A stretch of 59,581 bases of DNA, counting the filler, from Basidiobolus ranarum (lineage: Eukaryota), in assembly GCA_040143965.1 (NCBI GenBank). It is 10 parts of 10 records of this genome, joined end to end, with 100 filler letters (N's around TTAATTAATTAA, not from the genome) between each part and the next. Parts side by side here need not be neighbours in the genome. Positions count along the whole stretch, not along the records: positions 11,962 to 17,839 come from JASJQH010001477.1; positions 17,940 to 23,813 come from JASJQH010001478.1; positions 23,914 to 29,783 come from JASJQH010001479.1; 7 more parts are not named here. The stretch is one strand, 5' to 3'. The position numbers and the translations under genes are program-made. Positions 12,097 through 23,996 of the stretch are shown piece after piece. Every line of letters begins with the position of its first letter. The stretch's first letter is position 1. A model generated the notes under the pieces. The model did no database searches. It was not told the DNA's origin and was given only the letters and a program-made list of their open reading frames with translations.

Positions 12097-14157
12097 TTTT
12101 AATGTTTGGCATGGTATTGAGTTGTTGATTCCCTAACACTCGCTTCGAGTCAATTTCTAACTTGCCAATCAATCACCGATATTGTAGTGACGAGTACAAT
12201 CTATCACCCATAAATAAACAAAACTACAAACCAACCATTGTTGATTCGTGCTTACCTAAACGATGATTCAAAGCAAGAGTACATTGACTCGAAGAATACA
12301 CTGGGTAGAGCACACTACACATTGATTCTCTGCGAGGAAGTAGGTACAGTTAGCATAGAGACCGAAGAGAAGTCGGTTCATTTTGTACTTGTGACTGGTG
12401 AACCCCGTACATAGAGTTCTAAGGTTGGAAATCAGCATTAAATGGATTCCGTGATCACAAAATTGTGTAACTTAATGACCATTTATATATTATACAATTC
12501 ACTTGACATGAGCTTTTCTTAAGTCCGAGTAGTGAGAGGTCCTCCAAGCCGTTATTATTATTTCAAATACCAATCGGCTCTGGTTGTTAAATCCATGTAG
12601 ACAGAGAGTTGAAAATTTGACAATAGAGATAGTAATGAAGATACTTAATTTGGGAATAGAGAGTGCAGCGGTCATCTCCCAATCAACATGGCTACTATAT
12701 TATCGTGGTGATGAGTAAAATGAGAATTTATCCGATAATTAATGGATAGTATATACGTCAAAGTAAAGTCGAGTTTCCCATGCAAAATGCGATGATAAAT
12801 AGGTCAATTGTAGGTTAAAGGTAAAACTGAAGATGATCTCCTATGGATGTACTGATCCATACAGAGGCTAAGTTATGTTGGGGTTTAACATAACTCCGTT
12901 CAGGAATAGGCCAGGCGAGATTGACATTAAATCGGATGCGTATACCTTTCAAATCATCAATTTAACAGAAAAATTTCAGTACTTGCAAGTAAAATGAATT
13001 GAAAAGTCATCTGTGAAGTACTATTCACCTTTAGTGACCAAATTATTTAATTGACGAGCGTATCCCGTGCATTTTATATCATATCCTATGTTGCATTCAG
13101 TGATGGAGGTCTACTTGACCCTATCTAGGGGTAGAAATGGATTGAAGTAGAATTGCGCCTGTGTGCCATCTATATCTAACATATACTTCTAATTTGTATC
13201 TGGCAACCGTTGACCCCAATTTACTCGGCCTAAACCAGCGTCAATATTAATTATCCTGGTAACTGGAGTATAGTTATTTGAATAGGATGCAATTCACTCT
13301 ATATTAACCATGGCAGTTATACCCTATGTGGTGCATACATATGGTTTTGCTAGGCTAACCTTAAAGACTTCAAAAGAAATCATCTATCATAGGTTTGTTC
13401 ATCATCACCTAACCCTATATATTGAATGGTTAATTTTAACAGAAATATGCATCGTTAAATTCAGAGAAGAACAGATAAGGGAGAGTACGGCAGGTTGTAA
13501 GTTTGTTGGGTTAATCCGTTCTAATGACAGAAAGCAATATGCTAGTTAACTATGTGGTTTAATTCGAAGTACACAATATCAGCGAGATTTATTTTAGATT
13601 GTGTGGCAACATAGCTCTAACATCTACCATGATCATTGCTGATACTGGCCAAGTGTAGTCAATCTTGTTACATCAGGTTACGCAGGAATTGGTATTTCTG
13701 TTACATCAATGCAGGTATTCTAAAACTGAGCAATATTACGAATTAATCAACATCAAGTGATCCACAAGTACAAAACAGATAGTGTAGACCTGGACGGTTG
13801 GAATTGTTAATGATCGGACATATGAGTTGTTGATTAGAACGACAGGGAAAAGACTCAACAGTCAGAAATTTAGGATATTTATCTCACGGTTGACTAGTCA
13901 TTTTACTGTTTAGTTAACCCACCCAAATCTACATATTACTCATCACTGGTGAAAGACAAATATTTCTCAAAAGTCCCAACGAAGTGCCGTACGAAGAAAG
14001 CCCGATAGTATAACTGAGACATTTCAGTTTTTTTGGCCTTTAGAAATATTTTCTTTTCTTTTCATCCTCTCTGAAATTCAAACAGCCATCAAAACCAAAA
14101 CCGAATTAAATCTTTATTTCCTCCTTGTTGACTTTACACGTTAGCTCATCTATAATA

Positions 14158-16524
14158 ATGGATATTGCCAGTTCATCCGACAGTAATAGCGATATGGAGG
14201 AAGATACTTTCAACAGGAAGTCCGACATGGAAGAAAATATTTGCAATTCTAAAGTTGATACAACTTCTTCGAGTGGATTAGTATGGAGAAATTTAACATA
14301 CAAAGTGTTAGCTAGATATCGTAAGAAGACCAAATGGAAATCTTTACTGAAAAATGTTTCTGGGTATTGTCCTTCTCTTACTCTCAAAACCTATTTTCTG
14401 CGAGTATTCAAACATATACTAACAGATATTTTTTTTAAATAGTGAGGTTCGTCCTTCAGAGATGGTCGCTATAATGGCAAGTTTGTTAAGAACATATTTC
14501 TCGCTTATACTATATCTTTGCAAAGTCGTAAACTCCCAATCACCCCCTAAGGTATTGGATTACTAATAAAGCCATGATAGTAATCTGCTTTTCTCTTAGT
14601 AGGGTTCTGGGAAAACCACTTTACTCAATGTTCTAGCAGCAAGAGTATCCACTGGTAAGTTATCCGGCAGTATTCTGCTAAATGACTCCAAGCGTAACCC
14701 AAAAAACTATAAGAAAAATACTGGCTATGGTATAGCTTTCTAATAACTGAAATTCTTATCAATCAAAATGTTAACTCCACTTTCTGTATGTACTTTGTCG
14801 TACTCAGTGGAGCAAGATGACTCACTATACCCAAAATTGTCTGTACGTGAAACAATTGACTATGCAGCACAGATGCGACTTCCATCAAAAGAATATGATC
14901 AAGCTGCGAAAAAAGAGCGAGTGGAGGAAATCATCCAACTTTTACAACTCCATGATTGTGCAGATAGGTTTGTTGGCTATCCCACTTGGGGGGGCATCTC
15001 TGGAGAAGAGCGAAGACGCACTTCAATCGGCGTTGAAATGGTGGCCGACCCAAAGGTTTTGTTTCTTGATGAACCAACTTCTAAGCTAGATAGCAACTCT
15101 GCTTTCAGTGTGTGCAAAGCAGTCCGTAATTTCGCTCGAAGCAATGGTCGATGCGTCTTAATGACCCTTCACCAACCCAACAACAAAATTCTTGACTTGT
15201 TCGATAAAATTATCTTACTTGCTAATGGAGAAATGGTATTTTGTGGAACAAAGAATGAAACAATTGATTATTTCGCCAGTTTTGACTATCCCTGCCCCCA
15301 GCATACCAATCTAGCTGACCACTTTTTAGACTTAACAACAACTGAACTGTATCGCATGAACACGCTCGTAGAGAATTACAGGTTAACATCGCAGGCTACA
15401 GCCACTGTGAAAGAAATGAAAAATGAGGATAGCCTTTCGGAGGAATCTACCATCGAAACCATGGTCTCTGTGGAAAATCAATCTTGGAATCTCAGTTGGC
15501 CGATGGAATTTTCACTTCTATTAAAACGAGCTGCCATATCTATCAAGCGAGACATATTCTCAACCATCGTCCAATTTGTCGCCTGCGTGTTCTTTGGTCT
15601 TTTAATTGGAAGTGTTTTCATAAACTTGGGATATAGTCAGTCCTCCATCCAGAACCGAGTGGGCCTTTTTACTCTTTTACCAATCAGCCAGGTTAGCTTT
15701 CTCATTTAGAATCCATCATCTCTCCCGTTGTCTACTACATTGTCTATCTGCTCTCTGCAATCTAGTTTCCCCATCACCAATATATGAGCTGATCTTGTTT
15801 TTTAAATCTAGACACTTAATACTGTAATGCCTCTTATTGGTGCATTTGCTCCTCAACGTAAAATCATGATTAGAGAGCGAATGGCTGGAAGCTATCGGGT
15901 CTCTTCCTTCTTCCTAGCGAAGCTAATCAGTGAAATTCCGCTTCTGTTTATATCGACCATCATTTTCAATACCATTGTGTATTTTTTGGTACACTTACGA
16001 TATGATATGTCGAAATACTTTCTGTACATGGCTGCAAACTTATTCCAAGTCCTGGCTGCGCTAGGATTTGGTCTTACTATTGGGTCTGGTGTTGAGGCTG
16101 TGCGGAGGGGACATGTGATTGCTGCAGTGATTATTACGGTATGTTTGACACTTTTGAATCTCCCCTATTAAACTATAAGTAACCTTTCTCCAAGTAGACC
16201 TTAATATTGTTTGGAGGGGGAGTGTTGAATAACCACGATATTCCAAGCGTTTTCATATGGATTCGCTATATTTCCTTCATTGGTTACCTTACCCAAGCAT
16301 TTAGCGTGAATGAATTTACCGGTCTCCAATTTTCTTGCCTCGAGGAAGGAGCAGAAGCTGCTGTTTGTTTCCATACTGGCGAACAAGCTTTACGTCGATA
16401 TGGCCTGGATATGTTTACTATATGGGAGTGCAATCTGATTAACCTTAGTCTTGCTATTGGATTTTTCTACATTGCTTACATATTTCTTCAACAAATGTCG
16501 AAACCGCGCTCCATTTGGATTTAA
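14158..16524 (+). CDS. ABCG (White/ABCG2-like) half transporter, NBD-TMD, multi-exon
   Basis: Exons ~14158-14363, 14443-~14480, (possible microexon), 14603-14729, 14808-15691, 15812-16138, 16198-16524; LLKNVSG, GSGKTT, YVEQDD, LFLDEPT, TLHQP, NLADHFLD, ER..G.Y and ABC2 membrane domain. Confidence 0.9.
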
Positions 16525-17507
16525 ACTTCTGAGAAGGTTCTCTTACTTCGTATCATGGTTGAAATCCATTTCTCGACATAATTCACTTTTCTTCTTTGTC
16601 TTATCCAACTGAAATCTACCTTATTGGCAGCCTTGATTATCAATGGATTTTGTTATTTACTTGTTTATTGAAGATCAATCCCATTGTTACTTTATGTTAG
16701 AGGAGGATGAACATCTCTGAAGGGTAATCTTTATTAGTAACAGAATCAAGAATCATAGTCAAAAGAATTGAGTTGAAGTAATAATTTTGAATATATTGAG
16801 ATCTGAACCTCTTAGATAAATTTGATATCATCAGGAATAAAACCCAAAAAGCTAAGGAAGAAGGAGGAAACATAAAATGAAGCAATCCCCTATACAGTCA
16901 ATGTATCATGGAATGCATATCAAGAAATATTTCCCTCAAGGAAAATAGAATGCTTTTGTGCATTGATTCTGTTGGATAATTAATCTTTATTCAACATCTT
17001 GGTTAACTTGAGTTGTGATACATATATCAGAAACAGAAAGCAATGTATCTATAGCCCCTATATACTAAAAAGGAATATCTTTACATCTATATAACCAGTA
17101 TGTCTTATTACCCTCACTTATCTACTATATCTTATTACACAAACTCCTGAATATCTCAAACAATTGATTTACTTCTCTACTATATAAGTCACCATATTCT
17201 CTTAAGAATGAAGTAACCAAAAATACTATCATAAGTTGCCTCTAATATACAAAGTCTACTCCCATTATGTCAAGATCCTCCAACAGATTCCAAGCATTAA
17301 CTAAGTAACCATGATTGGTCTCTAGTAAGAGATCCTTAGAATCTAAAGTGTGTTTCACAAATGAGAGCATATTAGCAACATCATTCAATCTGTATCAGCA
17401 GGAAACAAAATGAATATTCCTGACTATAAGCTCATAGGGAATTCTTAAGGTAAAGCCTATATATTTGGCAAATAATACATATTAGTTAATATTGAGCATC
17501 AGGTAAC

Positions 17508-17613
17508 TGTTAAAATATTTGGGAGCCTGTTGGAAGTGGTTTGGAGAATTAGAGAAGTTGGTTGTTTTCACTTATTGATTTATTGAGTTGAAAGTTAACA
17601 TTAATAGTTTTGT
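17508..17613 (-). mobile_element. Copia LTR family A, 3' fragment
   Basis: Reverse complement of the LTR-A 3' end (TGTTAAAATATTTGGGAGCCTGTTGGAAGTGG..). Confidence 0.8.
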
Positions 17614-17769
17614 ATGTTGAAAGTCTGGTGACTTGTGGTACAAGCAGTAATTCCTAAAGAGGAAAATGTAGAGTATGGTGACTGCATCTGAACACAAAGT
17701 CTAAGGCCAATCAGTTGCTTGTATAGCTGAAATGCCAAAGTACCATACATTGACAGACTAGGTTAAGGT

Positions 17770-17839
17770 TGTTGAAATTAGCATTGCCTAAACACCTATA
17801 TAGTCATATATAGCTTAGTACTTAGTTATCTTATAACTC
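17770..17839 (+). mobile_element. Copia LTR family A, 5' end (contig breaks inside)
   Basis: TGTTGAAATTAGCATTGCC..; 70 bp identical to the reverse complement of 18168-18237. Confidence 0.85.
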
Positions 17840-17939
17840 NNNNNNNNNNNNNNNNNNNNNNNNNNNNNNNNNNNNNNNNNNNNTTAATTAATTAANNNNN
17901 NNNNNNNNNNNNNNNNNNNNNNNNNNNNNNNNNNNNNNN
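17840..17939. other. artificial contig linker
   Basis: N-TTAATTAATTAA-N. Confidence 0.98.
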
Positions 17940-18237
17940 TTGGTGGTTTTCACTTATTGATTTATTGAGTAGAAAGTTGACATTTATAGTTTTGTCAAGA
18001 TGTAAACAAACTAACGTGTAGAATATGTTAAGGAAGGTCCCAGGAACATGTGTGCAAAGTTTGGGGCTTCTAGCACAAGTTTGAAAAATCTATATATCTG
18101 AGAACTTCTAAGTTGGTAAAAATATTCTAAGTAAATTCCGATTGAGAATAATTGATAATATCTTAGTGAGTTATAAGATAACTAAGTACTAAGCTATATA
18201 TGACTATATAGGTGTTTAGGCAATGCTAATTTCAACA
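17940..18237 (-). mobile_element. Copia LTR family A, near-complete
   Basis: Inverted copy of 18559-18907, truncated at contig start. Confidence 0.85.
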
Positions 18238-18558
18238 GTAGATACTATGGGGCTTTCAGGAAATATCATTCAAATATATATATGTGGTCATATGTGCTAT
18301 TGAGTGCTCAATCACCTTGTATACATCGAAATTCACAGATTTAGATGGAACAAGTCCATTATAGATGACATAATATTTGTGAATCAGCTTTGGGTGATGA
18401 TGGGCATATAACTATAGAAGCAACCATTTGAATATCAATAGCATAGAGTGATTTGCTTTAATAGTACAATGATGGTATATGTCCAAAATGTTGGTTATCC
18501 ATGGTAGTATAGCTTAGTGCTATTAATGCATATAGAGTTTGTACATATACTTGAGTAT

Positions 18559-18907
18559 TGTTGAAATTAGCATTGCCTAAACACCTATATAGTCATATAT
18601 AGCTTAGTATTTAGTTATTCCATATTGAACTAAGATATCACTCGCTATTCTCAAGAGAAATATACTTAGAATCTTTCTACGAACTTAGAAGTAATCATAT
18701 ATATAGATTTTGCTAACTTGTGCTAGAAGCCCCAAACTTTGCGCACATGTTCCTGGTACCTTTCTTAGCACTTTCTACACGTTAGTTTGTTTGCATCTTC
18801 ACAAAACTATAAATGTCAACGGAATACTCAATAAATCATTAAGTGACAACCATCAATTCTTCTAGTTCTCCAAATCACTTCCAACAAACTCCCAAAATAC
18901 TTCAACA
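18559..18907 (+). mobile_element. Copia LTR family A, complete ~349-bp solo-type LTR
   Basis: TGTTGAA...TTCAACA terminal inverted repeats, internal AATAAA; the family is preceded by a PPT at 30345 and followed by a PBS at 47490 in other copies; no clean TSD. Confidence 0.88.
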
Positions 18908-19970
18908 AATTATGATCAGTGAATTAACTAAAATAGTATTAAGACTACAGTCAGCCAACAGTATTTGCACCACCACCCTCGACATACTGCATCAACCATC
19001 AACTTTAGCCATCTCCACTATACTAGCTCTGAACCAGCTCATAACCGCTTTGAAAACACAGCAATCTATAGAAGATCTTTAATAACAATCTCTAGGTTTA
19101 ATTTGAACTACACATAAGTGTTCTGAGATTCAAAGATATCCAGTATTTACGTCGCTACTTTGAACATTAGCCAAGAATAATATAGATATAGGAATAAAAT
19201 GGATTAGCTCAATTAATCTTATCAAGCTCAACTTGGAGCAACGGTAGTCCAAGTTATATCCAGAAATTGTATTTATTTGTTTGGAATACACATAGGAAGC
19301 CTCTAAACTACCATTTTAAACCAAATCTAGGCTACATAATAATAGAGAAATAGCAATATATTAAGATTGATTCTAGAAGTATATATAGTGTTTTCCAGAG
19401 TTTTACATATTAGTTTTCTAAGCAATTTATTCATGCATCCAAAACATCCTCACCTCTTCTATTGTCGATAGTGGCCAACTGGAAACTAATGATATTGAAG
19501 ATACTCAATGAATTTGAGCCGGGATTCTCATGGACTATGCTTCAGTACGCTGGTTAGACAAGAGATTTACCAAAATAGCATAATAGAAGAACTTCTCACT
19601 AAATATCAAACCTGTTTATTCATAGCCCCAAGTATGCGTAATAGCTCATAGATATATGCAGAATAGTCAACTCAAGGTTTACTTCAGCCTGACAATCTTG
19701 GTGCACCGTTTTGTTGCTGCCCCTGAAAATGGCCTCACTAGTGCGGACCAGTACATCTAGCTCATAAGTACTATGGTAACATGTGTTGATATGGGAGTTT
19801 ATTGATGGTAGTGACGATATACATATGAAAGTTAAGTGGTAAGCGAGTAAAAAGTGGGTCTTGGCATAAATAGATGGGAAATTACAGCGGTAATAAATTA
19901 TGTCAGGATTAATCTGGCTAGGTTATGATGGAAATATATTAATGAGGAAATGATTTTACTTTTCGCAATA

Positions 19971-20714
19971 TTATGCATGAGCGAAACTGGATAAAGTACA
20001 CAGCAAGGATGAAGCCAAGGTAATTTCAGGCGTGTTGGGTCGAGTCAAAGTTTGGGCCCGGCCTTCCTGAGAAGAATAATATTTGCGCCAATAGCTATGC
20101 GAAGTATCGAATCGCTGGCGTTGGCCTAAGTCCAGATATTGAGTACGTCTTAACTCTTGTCTGTTCCAATAATGTCCCAAGCATTGTAACCAATGGATAA
20201 ACTCCTTTTCGCTGGCGTACAAGTCGAAATCTATAAAGATGAGAAATTCTAGCTCCATTAAATTCAGCTCTTCTACTGGAATCCTTGTAACCTCAGCCCA
20301 AGTCTTGTTGGTGTAGGTAGCATCGTCTAGAAACTTACTTGCTAAAATTAGAGCTACTGTAAATAATCTATATTCGGACCCTTTGTTTCCGCCAGCGGAA
20401 GGGCTGTGACTTTTTAGCCGATGAATGTATTGTAGGGCAGTTAAGATTATTGTTGAGGACATCTCGGTGGTAAATATAAGAGCACTACAGAATGCTTTGA
20501 AATCCGCACTAGCTGTGAAAGAAACTGAACTAAATTGGGTATTCCACATATAACAAACCATATTAGCTGCGAATTCGGCTAGACGAATAGTACTGATATC
20601 AGGTAGAAATTTCAAAATTCTCTGGCGCACTATCGATTCGCATTGTTGAGTAGATTTACTAAAGACACAAAAATCCGCTTCATTGAGATATTTGGATGAG
20701 TATTGGCTTCTCAT
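19971..20714 (-). CDS. Pho85-type cyclin (Pcl/Clg1-like)
   Basis: First ATG at 20714; LAEFAANMVCYMW; cyclin box ALQYIHRLK..GSEYRLFTVALILASKFLDDATYTNKTWAEVT..ELNLMELEFL. Confidence 0.9.
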   Translation of the reverse strand: MRSQYSSKYLNEADFCVFSKSTQQCESIVRQRILKFLPDISTIRLAEFAANMVCYMWNTQFSSVSFTASADFKAFCSALIFTTEMSSTIILTALQYIHRLKSHSPSAGGNKGSEYRLFTVALILASKFLDDATYTNKTWAEVTRIPVEELNLMELEFLIFIDFDLYASEKEFIHWLQCLGHYWNRQELRRTQYLDLGQRQRFDTSHSYWRKYYSSQEGRAQTLTRPNTPEITLASSLLCTLSSFAHA

Positions 20715-21721
20715 GGCTTTCCCAATCAATAAAATGATTCTTCAGAAATATGGGGGAAATGTGTTGATAAATGAGCCAAGGAAAAATGTTTCGGAACGTG
20801 GGTCTGTGAGAGTTTTATACCTTCTTCAAGAGCCCAAATCAGAACTTGGAGTAACCGTGGAATCAAGTTACACCAAGCTCCGTTCTAGCTATTCAGAACA
20901 TATTTCACTGAAACACATATCCATCACCATCTCTTCCATCTGCATTACCCTATTGAGGATCATCGCCCCGAACCAAAGCAAGTCTATTGACCAGGAATGT
21001 AACGAAATCATATGAAATTTGTGATAATCAGGCTCGTTTCCTCACAGTCTAGTGAATTAAGCTATATCCATAATTGGTGTGCCACATCTCTTAACGAAAT
21101 TCTCACATGTGTCGCCACCACTTGGAGATTTGTCTCCAATCCCAATCCCAACCCTCTCCCTCCCCATCCATAGTGAAAGGCCCACTAATTTCAAGTACAT
21201 AACGGATTACATAACCTAAGTACGGCAGATTGTTATGGCGCCCATTCATGAGAAAACCGAACTAGTATCTCCGATAGTCTGGCTACTTGGCCGGTTTTCC
21301 TCCTCTTGTTAGGCTTACGGCAGGCATTTTGGAACATGAGTACACACTGCGTGTTCTTGATGGAGGCCATTTCTTTAAAGATAACTTATGACATAATAAA
21401 ATCCACGCCCAGCGAATGGACTCGAGGATGCATGTGGAGTCGTAGCCACAATGAACTAATTGTGAGCGAAGACATCCACTTGCAGTCTTTCATTCTTGGA
21501 GCTCCAGTCCGCCAGATACTCGAAGAAGTTGCACGAAACAAAATTAAAATGCACAGAATATTAATTAAAAATACATTTTATTTACAATTATTGAAAGTAT
21601 GTACGGATTTTGGAAGCTATCATTGGACCATCTGAAATGGATTGAATGTTAGATGAGTGTTTTAGAAAGATATACATATTGCATTTGCTCAGTCCGAATG
21701 TTTGTCTGTCACAGCGGATCA

Positions 21722-21963
21722 GAAGTCTAACAAATATTTTTGGATACCATCATCGCAATGCACTCGAGAAAGCAAAATCAACCTACCAAGTGAGTCTAAG
21801 ACTAGGAGCCACAAGAGGATGAAGTTCCTAAGAAAGTTAGATGATTAATAAGGTGGTCATAAGAAGGATGGGTTTGTTGTTGAGTAGAAGAACTCAGTAG
21901 AAGGGGTTGTCCAACATTATAGTTTCGGAAGTCTAACAAATATTTTTCTATAACATCATTGCA
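21722..21963 (+). repeat. ~36-bp imperfect direct repeat pair (21722-21757 / 21928-21963)
   Basis: GAAGTCTAACAAATATTTTT..ATA.CATCAT.GCA twice, 206 bp apart. Confidence 0.6.
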
Positions 21964-22416
21964 GCGAGCAGTTACAAATTTGAATTGTTTCACTTACCTA
22001 TTAGTGCTACCTCAAGTAGATTCTTTGAAAGATGAGGTTGCGGTGGATCTCATCATCGTTTATATAAGCGAACCTGGAGTGGTAATCTCCCCTGTCTATA
22101 CCCATGTCACTAGGCATAGCCAAGGGTAAACCGTGTTAGACATGGGATTCGAATCTTCGTTGATCTATTGGTTGAAAACGGTATCGTTTTTTTTTGCACT
22201 GTTAAATGTATCCAATTATGTGACTTGCCATTCCATTCAAATTTCTACCACAATGCAAGAAAAAAATTGAATTCGGTTTGATACTAACAATCGTCCCGTA
22301 TATTTTATGAAGCGTCTAATTTTTTTTTAAATTGTCTCATTTTGGTTAAAACACTGTACAAATGTAAATACAGTAATTGAGTTGGAATATAGTGTTGACT
22401 ACTGTTGACTAGGACA

Positions 22417-23367
22417 TCAATGATGTCCGCTCAAACCACCATAGTTTGCCGAGATATCTTCGGCCAAGAACTCTTGAATGACGTCGACTGGAGAAACAGG
22501 AGGAAGGGTTTCGGCTCCTAATGAATGAGGCTGTAGAGTACTGTCTTCTATTTGGCCATGGTGACCGCTACCTCCACCATACTGTTTGTGTTCGAGTGTG
22601 CCGTCTGGAATGGCTTCACTGGTAATTGTTATTGCAGTGTTTTCAGGTATACTATGCTCAAATGTTGTTGAAGTTGTCTGCATTTCCGTTCCCGAGTTGG
22701 TATCTTCTTTGGTATTTGGAGACTTATTTGAAACTGTATTCCGAGGCTGACTTTCTTCTGTCATAACGTTTTGGTTTTTTGACATTGTAACATCGCCTGA
22801 CTCATTGAAGCTAGTCAAAATAGTACTAGCCTTATTGCCATTCGTATCCGAGCCCTTTTTATCACTGATGTTCGTAATCCTCAAACTTGGGTTGTTCTCC
22901 TCTTTATTGGATAAACTTTCCACTTCAATACTATCGATATCGTCATTGTGAGACAAGTTAAAGTTATTTGTCTTTGTTGCTTCAGGAATTATAACCTCAC
23001 TCTCAACCTCAAAATCCTCAACTTCGGCTATTTCCGGTTCAATTAATTCCAGTTCCTCGTCTGCATCACTTATATCATCAATGGTTATATCTATGGACTC
23101 GTTCTGCCACCAGGGCTCTTCTTCATCAATGGAGTTTGCAATTTCATTGTGAGATTTAAGTTCATCTGCTTCACTTGATTCATAGCAATTTCTATTTTTA
23201 TCCTCTATATCAGTTGTTTCGGTCCATATATCGTCGTAAAAGTTCCCATCTAATGGGTGATAAACTTCAGTCAATCCGAGAGGATTTGTTGAACGAGAAA
23301 ATAGAGTGACAGCGTCAATTGAAGTGGTACTAATAATGAAGAGTAGTATTGAACAAGTCAACTTCAT
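22417..23367 (-). CDS. secreted acidic/Ser-Thr-rich protein of unknown function, repeated YGGxSGHH motif
   Basis: 316-aa intronless ORF, signal peptide MKLTCSILLFIISTTSIDA, TATAAA ~100 bp upstream, E/D-rich then S/T/N-rich, YGGGSGHH and terminal YGGLSGHH. Confidence 0.8.
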   Translation of the reverse strand: MKLTCSILLFIISTTSIDAVTLFSRSTNPLGLTEVYHPLDGNFYDDIWTETTDIEDKNRNCYESSEADELKSHNEIANSIDEEEPWWQNESIDITIDDISDADEELELIEPEIAEVEDFEVESEVIIPEATKTNNFNLSHNDDIDSIEVESLSNKEENNPSLRITNISDKKGSDTNGNKASTILTSFNESGDVTMSKNQNVMTEESQPRNTVSNKSPNTKEDTNSGTEMQTTSTTFEHSIPENTAITITSEAIPDGTLEHKQYGGGSGHHGQIEDSTLQPHSLGAETLPPVSPVDVIQEFLAEDISANYGGLSGHH

Positions 23368-23813
23368 ACTTTGATATATTTGAAGGGTTCGTAAATGAGC
23401 TGGGCTTTGGAGTATTCGCTTTAATCAAGCTTCTAACCTAAATTATTGAGAGCCATATGTATTTATAAAGTAAACGGCGAATATTCGGTGAATTTCCACT
23501 TTTGATACAATGTCAACTATGGAGTCGTTGACGCGGAGTATTTGTTAGCAAATGTTTTTATCATATTCCATGCCGTTGAAGATGTTGCTACACTTCAGTT
23601 AACTTGGTTTCAACATATGCTGATTAATGTTTGGTTTCGAATATGCTTACATAAAATTGTAAATTATTTGGGGATTTTTTACTATTATTGTTGGCATCAT
23701 TAAACAAAAATAATCTGCTAAAAGACAATATATCAGTGATGTATTTAAGAAAAAGTTATAATAAAAGAAATGGCGTCAGTTCGTTTTCCTTTTCTTTATG
23801 GAACCACCTCTAA

Positions 23814-23913
23814 NNNNNNNNNNNNNNNNNNNNNNNNNNNNNNNNNNNNNNNNNNNNTTAATTAATTAANNNNNNNNNNNNNNNNNNNNNNNNNNNNNNN
23901 NNNNNNNNNNNNN
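23814..23913. other. artificial contig linker
   Basis: N-TTAATTAATTAA-N. Confidence 0.98.
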
Positions 23914-23996
23914 CTACTCAATAAATCAACATATGAAAACCACCAATTCCTCTAATTCTTCAAACCACTTCCAACAGGCTCCCAAATACTTTAACA
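23914..23996 (+). mobile_element. Copia LTR family A, 3' end, abutting CACTA debris
   Basis: ..CCAACAGGCTCCCAAATACTTTAACA, same as 11962-12061. Confidence 0.85.

Noticed and set aside
16890..17500. CpG-poor tract with a possible retroviral-protease-like IDS motif
   Set aside because: Probably an old TE, but too degraded to classify
17940..18907. DIRS-like element or MITE with long inverted termini
   Set aside because: The arms are Copia LTRs (PPT and PBS in other copies), diverged from each other, with no recombinase or RT between them
22135..22165. B-box-like GATTCGAATCCC on the minus strand
   Set aside because: No T-stem pairing, A-box or cloverleaf around it
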